64,000 nt of DNA from Hydrurus foetidus (Eukaryota), in assembly GCA_900617105.1 (NCBI GenBank), contig UYFQ01000001.1, positions 868,001 to 932,000 of the forward strand, written 5' to 3'. This document shows, in pieces, positions 40,828 to 51,429 of the stretch; within the stretch, counting starts at the first letter, position 1; each line of letters opens with the position of its first letter. The notes under the pieces are model-generated. The model made no database searches. It had not been told where the DNA came from and saw only the letters and a list, made by a program, of their open reading frames with translations. The translations under genes were made by a program, and so were the position numbers.

Positions 40828-42315
40828 GTGGTCAAAAAAATCCTGCTCAGTTTGCTGGCAGCCTTGCTGGTGTTGGTGACCGTCTTGGCTGTCAACACTC
40901 TGCGAAAAGGTTCGCGTCAACTTGACGTGCCACCTCTTGCGGTGCTGCCTGTCGATGAAGCAGGTGCGGCCACCCGGCTGAGCGAGGCGGTGCGCTTGCG
41001 TACGGTCTCGTCGCGTGATGATGCCACGCTGAACTCCGACCAGTTTGCGCAGCTTCATTCGCTGCTGCAAACCCGTTTCCCTCAAACCCACACCACGCTC
41101 AAGCGCGAGGTGGTGGGGGGGTTGAGCTTGTTGTACACATGGCAAGGCTCCAAGCCTGATGCAAAACCTATTTTGTTGATGGCGCACCAAGACGTGGTGC
41201 CCATCGCGCCGGGAACCGAAAAAGACTGGGCCGTTGACCCGTTTTCAGGCCAGATCAAAGACGGCTTCGTCTGGGGCCGTGGTGCCTGGGACGACAAAGG
41301 CAACCTGATGGCGCAGCTGGAAGCTATTGAGATGCTGGTCGCCAGCGGCTACAAACCTGAGCGCACCGTTTACCTGGCCTTCGGTGCTGACGAAGAAACC
41401 GGCGGCATGAACGGTGCCGCCAAAATTGCAGCGCTTTTGAAAGAGCGCAAAGTTCGCCTTGAAATGGTGCTGGACGAAGGCTTGTTGATTACCGAAGGCA
41501 TCATGCCCGGCCTCAAGCAGCCTGCGGCGCTGATTGGCGTGGCCGAAAAAGGCTACCTGTCGGTGGTGCTCAAAATGTCCGCCACCCCTGGACACGCCTC
41601 CATGCCGCCGCCCAAAGGCACCAGCGCCATCGCCATGATGAGTGCGGCCTTAAAGCGCATTGACGACGACCAGCTGCCCGGTGGCATTCGCGGTGTGGCA
41701 GGCGAGATGTTCGCCACCATCGCCCCTGAGATGAGCGGGTTCTCGCGGGTGGCCCTGTCCAACCTGTGGCTGTTTGGCCCCATTGTGCAAAAGCAATTAG
41801 AGACCGGTGCCAGCACCAACGCCATGCTGCGCACCACCACGGCGCTGACGATCTTCAACGCGGGCAACAAAGACAACGTGCTGCCAGGGCGTGCCGAGGC
41901 CACCGTGAATTTCCGTCTGCTGCCCGGCGATACCAAAGAGCAAGTCATGGCGCGGGTGAAAAACCAAGTTACCGAGACCATCGGCGCCGACAAGTTTGAG
42001 CTGGTGGCGCTGCCCGCTGCGGTAGATGCATCCAAAGTGGCACCCACCGATTCAGCCCAGTTTCAGCTCATCAACCGCACCGTGCGCGAGGTGTTCCCCG
42101 GCACCTTGGTGGCCCCCGGTTTGATGATTGGCGGCAGTGATTCGATCCACTTTGGTGAAATCAGCGACCATATTTTCAAGTTCTCACCCGTGCGCGCCAA
42201 GGCGCAAGACCTGCCTCGCTTCCACGGCACCAATGAGCGCATCGCCACCGCCAATCTGGCTGAGCTGATTCGCTTTTACCACCGCCTTGTGACCCAGGGT
42301 GCCAAAGCACCTTAA
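40828..42315 (+). CDS. M20 family peptidase/amidohydrolase (PM20D1/Cps1-like)
   Basis: N-terminal TM, AHQDVVP, GRGAWDDKG, DEE, DEG, HGTNE. Confidence 0.9.
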   Translation: MVKKILLSLLAALLVLVTVLAVNTLRKGSRQLDVPPLAVLPVDEAGAATRLSEAVRLRTVSSRDDATLNSDQFAQLHSLLQTRFPQTHTTLKREVVGGLSLLYTWQGSKPDAKPILLMAHQDVVPIAPGTEKDWAVDPFSGQIKDGFVWGRGAWDDKGNLMAQLEAIEMLVASGYKPERTVYLAFGADEETGGMNGAAKIAALLKERKVRLEMVLDEGLLITEGIMPGLKQPAALIGVAEKGYLSVVLKMSATPGHASMPPPKGTSAIAMMSAALKRIDDDQLPGGIRGVAGEMFATIAPEMSGFSRVALSNLWLFGPIVQKQLETGASTNAMLRTTTALTIFNAGNKDNVLPGRAEATVNFRLLPGDTKEQVMARVKNQVTETIGADKFELVALPAAVDASKVAPTDSAQFQLINRTVREVFPGTLVAPGLMIGGSDSIHFGEISDHIFKFSPVRAKAQDLPRFHGTNERIATANLAELIRFYHRLVTQGAKAP

Positions 42316-42393
42316 GTCCACGTTTTGACCCTCTAAACAACCTGTATCGCTTATCTGTAAAGCTACTCTTGCTATAAACCTAGGAGCATTTTA

Positions 42394-43569
42394 ATGACCA
42401 ACGCCGTAATCGTTTCCACCGCCCGCACCCCTCTTGCCAAAAGCTGGAAGGGTTCTTTCAACATGACCCACGGTGCCACGCTGGGTGGTCACGCGGTTGA
42501 GCACGCCATCCAACGCGCTGGCATCGAAGCCGGTGAAGTCGATGATGTCATCATGGGTTGCGCCAACCCCGAGGGTGCTACTGGTGCCAACATCGCCCGC
42601 CAAGTCGCTCTGCGTGCGGGTTGCCCGATCACCGTCTCCGGTATGACGGTCAACCGCTTTTGCTCGTCTGGCCTGCAAACCATCGCCTTGGCCGCACAGC
42701 GCATCATCGCGAACGAGGGCGATGTTTACGTCGCGGGCGGCGTGGAAAGCATTTCTTGCGTGCAGCAAGAAATGAACACCCATATGCTGGCTGACCCGTG
42801 GCTTGCCAAAAACAAGCCCGAAATCTACTGGAACATGCTGCAAACCGCTGAAAACGTGGCCAAGCGCTACAACATCAGTCGCGAAGCGATGGACGAATAC
42901 GGGGCAGCCAGCCAACAGCGTGCTACCGCCGCCTTGGCCGCTGGCCTGTTCGCCGCCGAGATCGCCCCCATCACCGTCACGATGGGCGTGGCCGATAAAG
43001 TCATGGGCTTGACCACCAAACAAGTCACCGTGAGCGCTGATGAAGGCATCCGCGACGGCACCACCAAAGAGGGCATCAGCGGCCTGCGCTCCGCCGTCCC
43101 TGGTGGTTTGATCACCGCCGGTAACGCCAGCCAGTTTTCTGACGGCGGCGGTGCTGTGGTTGTGATGAACGAAGTGCTGGCCGAACAACGCGGCTTGAAG
43201 CCCCTGGGCCGCTTCCTAGGCTTCGCCGTGGCCGGTTGCGAGCCAGACGAAATGGGCATCGGCCCGGTCTACGCCATCCCCAAAGTGCTGGCACGCTTGG
43301 GTCTGAAAGTCAGCGACATTGACTTGTGGGAACTGAACGAAGCCTTCGCTGTCCAGGTGATCTACTGCCGCGACAAACTGGGCATCCCCCATGACCGTTT
43401 GAACGTCAACGGTGGCGCGATTGCCGTCGGCCACCCCTACGGTGTCAGCGGCCAGCGCCTCACTGGCCACGCCCTGATCGAAGGCAAACGCCGTGGCGCC
43501 AAGCGTGTTTGCGTCACCATGTGCATTGGCGGCGGTATGGGTGCTGCGGGTATTTTTGAGGTTTTGTAA
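42394..43569 (+). CDS. Acetyl-CoA C-acyltransferase (thiolase)
   Basis: [29 protein letters not shown]. Confidence 0.96.
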   Translation: MTNAVIVSTARTPLAKSWKGSFNMTHGATLGGHAVEHAIQRAGIEAGEVDDVIMGCANPEGATGANIARQVALRAGCPITVSGMTVNRFCSSGLQTIALAAQRIIANEGDVYVAGGVESISCVQQEMNTHMLADPWLAKNKPEIYWNMLQTAENVAKRYNISREAMDEYGAASQQRATAALAAGLFAAEIAPITVTMGVADKVMGLTTKQVTVSADEGIRDGTTKEGISGLRSAVPGGLITAGNASQFSDGGGAVVVMNEVLAEQRGLKPLGRFLGFAVAGCEPDEMGIGPVYAIPKVLARLGLKVSDIDLWELNEAFAVQVIYCRDKLGIPHDRLNVNGGAIAVGHPYGVSGQRLTGHALIEGKRRGAKRVCVTMCIGGGMGAAGIFEVL

Positions 43570-43717
43570 GCCATGAACCTGAGCCGTTCAATGTCTGATT
43601 TTTGAAATTGACCGTGCTCTAGCGCACTCATGAATCCAAGGGTTGCAGTCACGCTGATTGCAACCCTGTTTTTTTGCCTTTTTGTGTCATTTTTGCACCC
43701 ACAACAGCCTGTCCACC

Positions 43718-45568
43718 ATGTCCCTGCAAAACCCCAAATCCCTGCGTCCCACCCTCGATTTTTTGCTCTACCAGTGGCTGAACGCCGAAACACTGAACCA
43801 ACGTGAGCGCTTTGCGGACCACAGCCGCGAAACCTTCGACGCTGTGCTCGACACCTGCGAGCGCATCGCCCGTGAAAAGTACGCGCCGTTTAACCGTTTG
43901 GTGGACACGCAAGAGCCGCATTTTGATGGCGAAAAAGTCATCTTGCCCCAGGCCACGCACGATGCGCACAAGGCGTTTGTCGAGTCTGGGTTGCTCAGCG
44001 CAGCGCAAGATTACGACATTGGTGGCATGCAATTGCCCTACACGATTGACGCTGCGGCCAATGCTTTCTTTGCGATGGCCTCCGTCAGCATCGGCTCGAA
44101 TTTGCTCACCAAAGGCAATGCGGGCTTGTTGATGGTGCATGGCACACCGCTGCAAAAAGAGGTGTTTGCGCTGAACGAATTTTCAGGCCGCTGGGCGGGC
44201 ACCATGTGCCTGTCTGAGCCGCAGGCGGGGTCGTCGCTGAGCGATGTGGCCACCCGCGCCATCCCAGACGGGGAGGGCAGCGAGACCGATCCCTTGGGCG
44301 CACGCTACCGTCTCAAAGGCAACAAGATGTGGATTTCATCTGGTGAGCATGAGCTGACTGAGAACATCGTCCACCTCGTCCTCGCCAAAATCCCCGGCCC
44401 TGATGGCAAGTTGATTCCTGGCACGCGCGGCATTTCGCTGTTCATCGTGCCTAAAAAGATGGTAAATGTGCAAGGCCAACTGACTGGCGTGCGCAACGAC
44501 GTGGCACTCGCGGGCCTGAACCACAAACTCGGCTGGCGCGGCACCACCAACACCTTGCTCAATTTTGGCGAAGGCAAGTACCCCGTAGACGGTCAACCCG
44601 GTGCCGTCGGTTACTTGGTCGGCAAGCCCCACGAAGGCCTGCGCTGCATGTTCCACATGATGAACGAGGCCCGCATTGGTGTGGGCACCGCTGCCGTGAT
44701 GCTGGGCATGGCGGGCTACTACGCGAGCTTGGATTACGCCAAAAACCGCCCCCAGGGCCGTCCCACCGGGGCCGGTGGCAAAGATGCCGCGCAACCGCAA
44801 GTCCGCATCATCGAACACGCCGATGTGAAGCGCATGCTGCTGGCGCAAAAATCCTACTGCGAAGGCGCATTGGCGCTGGAGCTGTACTGCGCCCGCTTGG
44901 TTGATGAGCAGCACACCGGCACCCCTGACGCGGCAAACGTTGCCCGTTTGCTGCTCGAAGTGCTGACCCCCATCGCCAAAAGCTGGCCCAGCGAGTGGTG
45001 TCTGGAGGCGAACAGCCTCGCCATCCAAATCCACGGAGGTTACGGCTACACGCGCGATTTTCCGGTCGAGCAGTACTGGCGTGACAACCGCCTGAACATG
45101 ATCCACGAAGGCACCCACGGCATCCAGGCCGCTGATTTGTTGGGCCGCAAAGTGCTTATGGAAGGCGGGCAGGGCTTCACGCTGCTGTCAGCCCGCATCA
45201 ACGCCACCGCCGCGCTGGCTTTGACGGATTCGACGCTGGCCCCGTATGCCAAAGCCTTGGCTCAAGCCCTGCACGACATCGGTGTGGCGACCCAAGCCGC
45301 ATGGCAAACCGGCAACCCCGTCGAAGCGCTGGCCAACGCCGTGCCCTACATGCAAGCCTTCGGTCACATGGTGCTGGCGTGGATTTGGCTGGATGTGGCG
45401 CTCGCCGCACAGCAGAAAAATGCTGCGCTTTCTGTAGCTTCTATGGCCGGTATCATGGGCTCTACTCGGTATTTTTACCACTACGAATTGCCCAAAATAG
45501 GTGCATGGCTGAAGGTGGTGTCCTCGCGTGACCCCACCTGTGCGGATTTGCCAGAGGATGCGTTTTAA
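43718..45568 (+). CDS. Acyl-CoA dehydrogenase
   Basis: MCLSEPQAGS, KGNKMWIS, MMNEARI, QIHGGYGY, IHEGT. Confidence 0.95.
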   Translation: MSLQNPKSLRPTLDFLLYQWLNAETLNQRERFADHSRETFDAVLDTCERIAREKYAPFNRLVDTQEPHFDGEKVILPQATHDAHKAFVESGLLSAAQDYDIGGMQLPYTIDAAANAFFAMASVSIGSNLLTKGNAGLLMVHGTPLQKEVFALNEFSGRWAGTMCLSEPQAGSSLSDVATRAIPDGEGSETDPLGARYRLKGNKMWISSGEHELTENIVHLVLAKIPGPDGKLIPGTRGISLFIVPKKMVNVQGQLTGVRNDVALAGLNHKLGWRGTTNTLLNFGEGKYPVDGQPGAVGYLVGKPHEGLRCMFHMMNEARIGVGTAAVMLGMAGYYASLDYAKNRPQGRPTGAGGKDAAQPQVRIIEHADVKRMLLAQKSYCEGALALELYCARLVDEQHTGTPDAANVARLLLEVLTPIAKSWPSEWCLEANSLAIQIHGGYGYTRDFPVEQYWRDNRLNMIHEGTHGIQAADLLGRKVLMEGGQGFTLLSARINATAALALTDSTLAPYAKALAQALHDIGVATQAAWQTGNPVEALANAVPYMQAFGHMVLAWIWLDVALAAQQKNAALSVASMAGIMGSTRYFYHYELPKIGAWLKVVSSRDPTCADLPEDAF

Positions 45569-45599
45569 GGGCTGCATTGCCCAATAGCCTGCATGGCCA

Positions 45600-46487
45600 T
45601 CAACGCGGCCCAGCGGTGACTTCCAGCGCTGTGGCCATGAAGGCTTGAACTTTGGGCGATGGGTATTTGTGCCCTGCATAAACAAAATACACCGCACCGC
45701 CTTGCGTCGATGTCCAGTCCGGCAGCACAGGCACCAGTGTGCCTTCGGCCAGGGCGTCAAAGGCCAAAAAATCAGGCAACCACGCAATGCCTTCACCCAG
45801 CAGCAGCAGTGATTTAACCGTTTCCAGGTCGTCAGCCCGCACACGGCTGGTGACAGGGATTTGAATGTGGATGCCGTCTTTGTGCAGGTCAATACGGCCC
45901 GTGTCTGTGAAACTGACGAAGCGCAGTGGTGACAATTCACGGGGATGCGTGATGTGTGCCATGCCCTCGCGATCCAGATAGCTTGGTGCGGTATACAGAC
46001 TGCCACTCAAGCCCAAAAACCGCTTGCCGATCAGTGTGGAGTCTTTCAATTGGCCCGCGCGGATCGCCAAATCAATCCCTTCACCCACCACATCTACCAC
46101 GCTGTTGGAAATCAGCAGCTCACAGGTGGTGTCCGGGTATTTCTCCAGGTAAGCCCGCACGATACGGGGCAGCAGTGTGTGCCCGATGTCAACCGGCGCG
46201 GTGATACGCAGCAAGCCCATTGGCTGGGTTTTGGTCGCCAGCAGTTCGGACTCCCCTTGTTCCACGGCCCGTACCGCTGTGGCGCAGTGCTGAAAATAAC
46301 GCTGCCCCGCTTCTGTGACAAAGAGTTTGCGCGTGGTGCGTTGGATCAAATTTACACCCAGCCGCTTTTCAAGTGCTGCCACCTTGGCGCTCACCGTGGT
46401 TTTCGGCATTTTCAGCAACCGCGCTGCACCTGAGAAGCTGCCCGCCTCAACCACTTTCACAAACACCGAGATTGCGTCTAAATCCAT
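45600..46487 (-). CDS. LysR family transcriptional regulator
   Basis: GSFSGAARLL...LEKRLGVNLIQRTTR HTH; EGIDLAIR. Confidence 0.95.
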   Translation of the reverse strand: MDLDAISVFVKVVEAGSFSGAARLLKMPKTTVSAKVAALEKRLGVNLIQRTTRKLFVTEAGQRYFQHCATAVRAVEQGESELLATKTQPMGLLRITAPVDIGHTLLPRIVRAYLEKYPDTTCELLISNSVVDVVGEGIDLAIRAGQLKDSTLIGKRFLGLSGSLYTAPSYLDREGMAHITHPRELSPLRFVSFTDTGRIDLHKDGIHIQIPVTSRVRADDLETVKSLLLLGEGIAWLPDFLAFDALAEGTLVPVLPDWTSTQGGAVYFVYAGHKYPSPKVQAFMATALEVTAGPR

Positions 46488-46575
46488 GCTGACAACTCCA
46501 TTGTCCAAAATATTGCACAGTCATTCCTGATATGACCATCTAGTGCATTGTGACCTCTGGCCCTATATTCACAGC

Positions 46576-47373
46576 ATGAACACCACACTCCCCACCTTTT
46601 TTGTATCCCACGGCGGTGGCCCCTGGACTTTCATGGACGAAATGAAAGCACCCTACGCCAAAACCATCCAAACCTTCAGCGAACTGGCCCAAACCCTGCC
46701 CGCCAAGCCCAAAGCGATTTTGGTGATCTCTGGCCACTGGGAGGCTCCCGGATTCACCGTGTCCACCAGCGAACACCCGCCCATGGAATACGACTACTCC
46801 GGTTTTCCCGCACACACTTACAGCATCCAATACCCGGCCCCCGGCTCAACCAGCGTGGCGGCCAGGGTGCGTGAGTTGCTGAGCGCTGCGGGTATCCCCA
46901 GCCAGGAAGACCCCAAAAAAGGCTTAGACCACGGCACCTTCATCCCCTTGGGCTTGATTTACCCTGATGCCGACGTGCCCGTCGTCACCCTGTCCATGAA
47001 ATCTAACTACGACCCCACCGAGCACATCCGTGTGGGTCAAGCCCTGGCCCCCTTGCGCGACGAAGGCGTGCTCATCATCGGCAGTGGCCTCAGCTACCAC
47101 AACATGCGCGGCTTTCGTACCGCAGGCGCGATGGCGGTGTCAGAAGCCTTTGAGGCTTACTTGAACGATGCCATCACCACCCCTGATGCCGCACAGCGCT
47201 TAGAAAAACTCGCCAATTGGGAATCCGCCCCCAGCGCCCGCGCCGCCCATCCCCAAGAAGACCACTTGATCCCGCTGATGGTGGCCGCTGGTGCCGCACG
47301 GGGCGACACGGGGCAGCGCCTGCTGGTGGACAAGGTGATGAACGTAGCGATGGCTTCGTACCGGTTTGGGTGA
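46576..47373 (+). CDS. Class III extradiol dioxygenase (DODA/LigB family)
   Basis: SHGGGP, ISGHWE, DHG, GSGLSYHN, AHPQEDHLIPL. Confidence 0.92.
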   Translation: MNTTLPTFFVSHGGGPWTFMDEMKAPYAKTIQTFSELAQTLPAKPKAILVISGHWEAPGFTVSTSEHPPMEYDYSGFPAHTYSIQYPAPGSTSVAARVRELLSAAGIPSQEDPKKGLDHGTFIPLGLIYPDADVPVVTLSMKSNYDPTEHIRVGQALAPLRDEGVLIIGSGLSYHNMRGFRTAGAMAVSEAFEAYLNDAITTPDAAQRLEKLANWESAPSARAAHPQEDHLIPLMVAAGAARGDTGQRLLVDKVMNVAMASYRFG

Positions 47374-47419
47374 GTGCGGCTTGGTCGCTGTTAAAATACC
47401 ATTTTGGTATAATTGAGGC

Positions 47420-47713
47420 ATGCATGTCATCGCGAAACCTGCGCTTGTTGAATTTTGGATTCTCCATCCAGACTCAGAAAACCCGCTGCAAGCGTGGTTC
47501 CGAACCATGGAGTCATGCGTTTTTACCGACTTCAACCATCTGAGAGCTACGTTCGCCAGCGCCGACTATGTGGACGGGCTGACGGTCTTCAATATCGGCG
47601 GTAACAAGTACCGGCTGATAACGGCCATCCACTACAACCGACATAAGGTTTTCATCCGTGCTGTGCTGACGCACCCGGAATATGACCTTAGCGCATGGAA
47701 ACGGAAAAAATAA
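47420..47713 (+). CDS. higB: HigB-type toxin
   Basis: MHVIAK..L.EFW..HP, SADYV, VFNIGGNKYRLI, LTHPEYD. Confidence 0.9.
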   Translation: MHVIAKPALVEFWILHPDSENPLQAWFRTMESCVFTDFNHLRATFASADYVDGLTVFNIGGNKYRLITAIHYNRHKVFIRAVLTHPEYDLSAWKRKK

Positions 47714-48138
47714 TGGGATACGCACTCAGAGCGGTGCCCGAACCGCAAGCGATTCTTCGGGCGTGGATGCCCTTTAAAGAGCTGATTGGTGTGACTGCTG
47801 TGCATACCGATGAGGATTACGCACAAGCCAGCGCCACCATTGCAGCGCTGCTGGATGTCGTGGGCGATGACGAAGAACACCCCTTGGCCGATGTGTTGGA
47901 CTACTACGCCGATCAAGTGAAGGCTTATGAGGACGCCCATATCACCATTCCTGTGGCGCAGCCCAAGGAGGTATTGCGGTTTTTGATGGCGCAACACAAT
48001 CTCAGCCAAGACCAATTGAGCGACTGCGCACCCCAAGGGCGGATCTCTGACATCCTGACGGGCACACGTTCCATCAGCAAGACCGTGGCAAAGCGCCTTG
48101 CCCAGCGCTTCAATGTCCGTGCGGATTTGTTTTTGTAG
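47713..48138 (+). CDS. higA: HigA-type antitoxin
   Basis: EDYAQA...YE, LRFLMAQHNLSQ Xre HTH; TAATG overlap with toxin. Confidence 0.9.
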   Translation: MGYALRAVPEPQAILRAWMPFKELIGVTAVHTDEDYAQASATIAALLDVVGDDEEHPLADVLDYYADQVKAYEDAHITIPVAQPKEVLRFLMAQHNLSQDQLSDCAPQGRISDILTGTRSISKTVAKRLAQRFNVRADLFL

Positions 48139-48182
48139 GGCATAGCATCGTCATTCGACGCGATAGACCCGCCACCTTCACC

Positions 48183-48641
48183 TCATTTTTTCACCATCTG
48201 CAACTTGTCACGCAGCTTGTTCAGCGACTCGGCAGATTCACGCTCAATGCGCCGCTTTAGTACCAAAAAATTCAGCACCCGCATCACCAGCCCTGGCAAC
48301 TGGTAGTGCAATGTCCTTGAAAAAACAGCACCAGAGCCACTGGGGCGGCACTCGTAAATCACTTCCATGCGCAGCTTGTGCGGCATGCCCGTGGCTTTGG
48401 CCACCCAGCGCAGGGGCGGTGCTGTCGGCGTGCATTCCTGAATATCCCAGCAGAGATGCCCCTTGCGCCCACCCGCAAAAATGTCCTCTTCAAACAGCGT
48501 GCCTGCGGGCAGCACCCCATCGGGGGCATAAACACGTACCGAGTTGGGATGCCATTCGGGCCAACGAAAAGGCGTACAGGCATAGGCCATGACTTCTTCT
48601 GGCGAGCGGTCAATGGTGATGTGGTGGGTGTGCTGTGTCAT
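48183..48641 (-). CDS. SRPBCC/polyketide-cyclase family protein
   Basis: ITIDRSPEEV...WPEWHP pattern, C-terminal helix SLNKLRDKL. Confidence 0.8.
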   Translation of the reverse strand: MTQHTHHITIDRSPEEVMAYACTPFRWPEWHPNSVRVYAPDGVLPAGTLFEEDIFAGGRKGHLCWDIQECTPTAPPLRWVAKATGMPHKLRMEVIYECRPSGSGAVFSRTLHYQLPGLVMRVLNFLVLKRRIERESAESLNKLRDKLQMVKK

Positions 48642-49345
48642 GGCGTACCTTGTGCTTCATTTTTGACCCTATTTTTGAAGGCTGCTTTGTCTGCGGCGCT
48701 GTCGGTGTACCAGGTCCCATAGAGCCAGTCGGTCAGCGGGATCACCAAATTGAAGTTGTACCGCTGCATCAAATTACGCCGATGGTGCAGCATGTGGTGA
48801 CGGCGCATGTAGCGGATGCCGGGCAGGCGGGTAATGGGGTTGCTCGCGGGCAAATGCTGGGTGGCGTGAAACACCTCATAAAACAAATAACCCCCCAAAA
48901 ACGTGGCGGCGAACAGCCAACCCGCGTTTTCGCTGAGCACCTGGCTTATCAACCACACCGCCATCAACGCCCCCACCGTGAACACCAGAATCAGCGCTGG
49001 CGGGAACAAAATGACTCGCCAGTCCTTCATGGTTTCGTAATGCATGCGTTGGGTGGAAAAAAAGCTGTGGTGGTCGCCCGTGTGGCGCTTGTAAAACAAG
49101 GCCGCCAAGCGCGTTTTGGTGTGCCCCCAATTCTTGTGTATTGTGTATTCACCCCAGTTGAAAAACACATACGCGCACGGGATCATCAGCCACTCCAACG
49201 GTTGCACGTTGTGCATGCGCGAGATGTAATAGCCCATACACGCCAGGCCAAACAGCAGTACAAAACCGCCGTGCAAAAAAGCGTTGTAACGCGGGCTGAT
49301 ACCGGCACGGTAGGTGTCACGAAAGGCTTGCGGGTCGTAGTCCAT
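48638..49345 (-). CDS. Fatty acid hydroxylase family membrane protein
   Basis: EYTIHKNWGH, HTGDHH, YEVFH, RHHMLHH, NFN...DWLYGT. Confidence 0.85.
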   Translation of the reverse strand: MDYDPQAFRDTYRAGISPRYNAFLHGGFVLLFGLACMGYYISRMHNVQPLEWLMIPCAYVFFNWGEYTIHKNWGHTKTRLAALFYKRHTGDHHSFFSTQRMHYETMKDWRVILFPPALILVFTVGALMAVWLISQVLSENAGWLFAATFLGGYLFYEVFHATQHLPASNPITRLPGIRYMRRHHMLHHRRNLMQRYNFNLVIPLTDWLYGTWYTDSAADKAAFKNRVKNEAQGTP

Positions 49346-49437
49346 GAGCGGGTCTCCTGTGGTTTTAACACGCAGTGTAGGGATTGACGTGTTATTGTTC
49401 CAATGGATATTGGTGATGTAAATTATTCATAAAACGT

Positions 49438-50379
49438 ATGATGAATACCCGTTTGAGACATCTGGATTTGAACCTGCTGTGGGTGTTTGATGCCCTCATG
49501 CAAGAGCGGCATTTATCGCGTGCGGCCACGCGCCTGCACATGAGCCAGCCTGCCGTGAGCAACGCCTTGGCGCGCCTGCGAAGCCAATTGGGCGAGAGTT
49601 TGTTCACCCGCACGGCACGTGGTATGCAGCCTACGCCTCAAGCGCTAGAGCTGCACACGGCGGTGCGGCAAGCCCTGCACTTGCTGCAAACAGGCTTGAG
49701 CCTGAACGACCAGTTTGACACCAGTGCACCGCATACGTTTCGCCTCTCTATGGGCGACTATGTGCAGGCCAAGTTGCTGCCCGTGCTGATGCAAAAACTT
49801 TCGGGTATCGCGCCGCACACCACCTTGTCGATCCAGACCGACGAAGCGCATTCGCTGCCCCGCAGGCTGGAGACGGGTGAGCTTGATTTGGCCATTGATT
49901 ACCTGCACTTTGACAACCCTGAGCTGTGCTACGCGCCTTTGCTGCAAGAAACCACTGTGGTCATTGCGCGCCCAGGGCACCCCACCTTCACCACGCCCAT
50001 CAGCGTTGGCGCGTTTGAAGCGGCCCAGCATGTGGCGCTGGGTGCACGTGACGGGCGAGGGGGGCCGCTTGAGATTTTGCTGGGGTCAGCCAGGCTGCGT
50101 CGCCAAGTGCAACTCTACCTTCCGCACTACCTGCCCATACCGGCCATAGTAGCGCAGACCGATTTGCTCGGCACCGTGCCATTGCGTTTGGCTCGGCAAT
50201 TTGCACCGCTGTTTCCGCTGCAAATGTCTCCCTTGCCTGTGCCGATGTCGGTGGTGCAAATCAGCATGATGTGGCACCGACGGCAAGACAAAGTGCCCGG
50301 CCTTCGCTGGCTGCGCGAACAAATCAGCGCGATGGTGGCGGAAGATGCCGCGTTTGCTTCACCTTTGATGAAAGTGTGA
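49438..50379 (+). CDS. LysR family regulator (NodD/LeuO-like)
   Basis: LDLNLL, SQPAVSNALARLR, LFTR. Confidence 0.95.
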   Translation: MMNTRLRHLDLNLLWVFDALMQERHLSRAATRLHMSQPAVSNALARLRSQLGESLFTRTARGMQPTPQALELHTAVRQALHLLQTGLSLNDQFDTSAPHTFRLSMGDYVQAKLLPVLMQKLSGIAPHTTLSIQTDEAHSLPRRLETGELDLAIDYLHFDNPELCYAPLLQETTVVIARPGHPTFTTPISVGAFEAAQHVALGARDGRGGPLEILLGSARLRRQVQLYLPHYLPIPAIVAQTDLLGTVPLRLARQFAPLFPLQMSPLPVPMSVVQISMMWHRRQDKVPGLRWLREQISAMVAEDAAFASPLMKV

Positions 50380-50408
50380 TTGAACGGTCGTTCATTACCC
50401 GAAGGACA

Positions 50409-50516
50409 TCAAACACCTGTAACACGCTCACCTTGGACGTTGATGACCTGCTTGCCTTCTTCTTTGCTGAACGCGCTCTGCTTCTGTGTGGGCAAGATGT
50501 CCAACGTCAGTTCGTC
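50409..50516 (-). pseudogene. 3' fragment of a glutaredoxin-type arsC
   Basis: Hand translation DELTLDILPTQKQSAFSKEEGKQVINVQGERVTGV* is 23/35 identical to the C-terminus of ArsC at 57648-58079. Confidence 0.85.
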
Positions 50517-50650
50517 ATATTGCCAAAACCAGCGCACTCGCCAGGGCAGGCGAAACCGGCGACATCAAAAAGCTAAAGCCGCGTTTGAGAGCGCGCACGA
50601 CATGAGAACGCCCAGCATGCTGATACAGCGAGATGGGTGTTTGGTGATTC

Positions 50651-51328
50651 TCAGGCCGCGGGGGGCAATGCTGGCGCGCTTGCCAGCAAGTCGATCAGGT
50701 CTTGCCTGACGGCTTCTATGTGTTTCCCCAGCAGTTCACAGGCCTCGTCGGCCTTGCCTTGCCTGGCCAGGCTGATCAGCCCGTCATGTTCGTCCTCTGC
50801 GCGCTTGGTTGCACTCTTGGACGAGAGTTGGACGCGGGTGTAGCGGTCGCTCTTTTGAAGCAGGCTCGCCACCATGGCAGAGGTTTGGGGCAGTTCCGCG
50901 CGGGAATAGAGCGCAGTATGCACTTGCGTGTTTAACACGCCCCACTGCTGTCGGTTCATGTCTCGGACGGCGCCTGAAAAACTGACCTGAATGCGCTTCA
51001 GCAGGGCAAAGTCTTCTGCGGTCAGCTTGGGGATGGAGTCTCTGAAAAGCCTGGTTTCCAACAGGATTCGAAGGTCAAACACATCGTTAACTTCATCGCG
51101 CGACAAGCTGGTGACCACCGCACCTTTGTGGGGGATGAGTTGGACCAGTCCCTCGGCCTCAAGCTGAATAAGTGCTTCACGCACGGGAATGCGGCTCACA
51201 CCAAAGGTTGCAGCCAGGGCGTCCTGACGCAGCTGCGTGCCCGCCTGGTGCGCATTGCTGAGGATCTCTTGTCGGAGTTGCTCTGTGATGGCGCTCGCCA
51301 GCGTGCGGTGTTTGATGTTTGGGTTCAT
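50651..51328 (-). CDS. GntR family regulator (FCD type)
   Basis: LRQDALAATFGVSRIPVREAL wHTH; N..VH and EH FCD motifs. Confidence 0.93.
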   Translation of the reverse strand: MNPNIKHRTLASAITEQLRQEILSNAHQAGTQLRQDALAATFGVSRIPVREALIQLEAEGLVQLIPHKGAVVTSLSRDEVNDVFDLRILLETRLFRDSIPKLTAEDFALLKRIQVSFSGAVRDMNRQQWGVLNTQVHTALYSRAELPQTSAMVASLLQKSDRYTRVQLSSKSATKRAEDEHDGLISLARQGKADEACELLGKHIEAVRQDLIDLLASAPALPPAA

Positions 51329-51429
51329 GTCGGAAGGAATTTTAATCCTAAATACAATTGACATGGATATTTTATACAATATACAATTTTGAAAACGCCA
51401 TTTGTAGGTTTTAACGAAAGGAGTTCCTT

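Noticed and set aside
38905..41190. 761-aa minus-strand ORF
   Set aside because: Antisense shadow of the hydratase/dehydrogenase and M20 genes caused by codon bias; no recognisable motifs
50520..50650. Possible remnant of a membrane-protein gene beside the arsC fragment
   Set aside because: Only short hydrophobic frames with stops; no family recognisable
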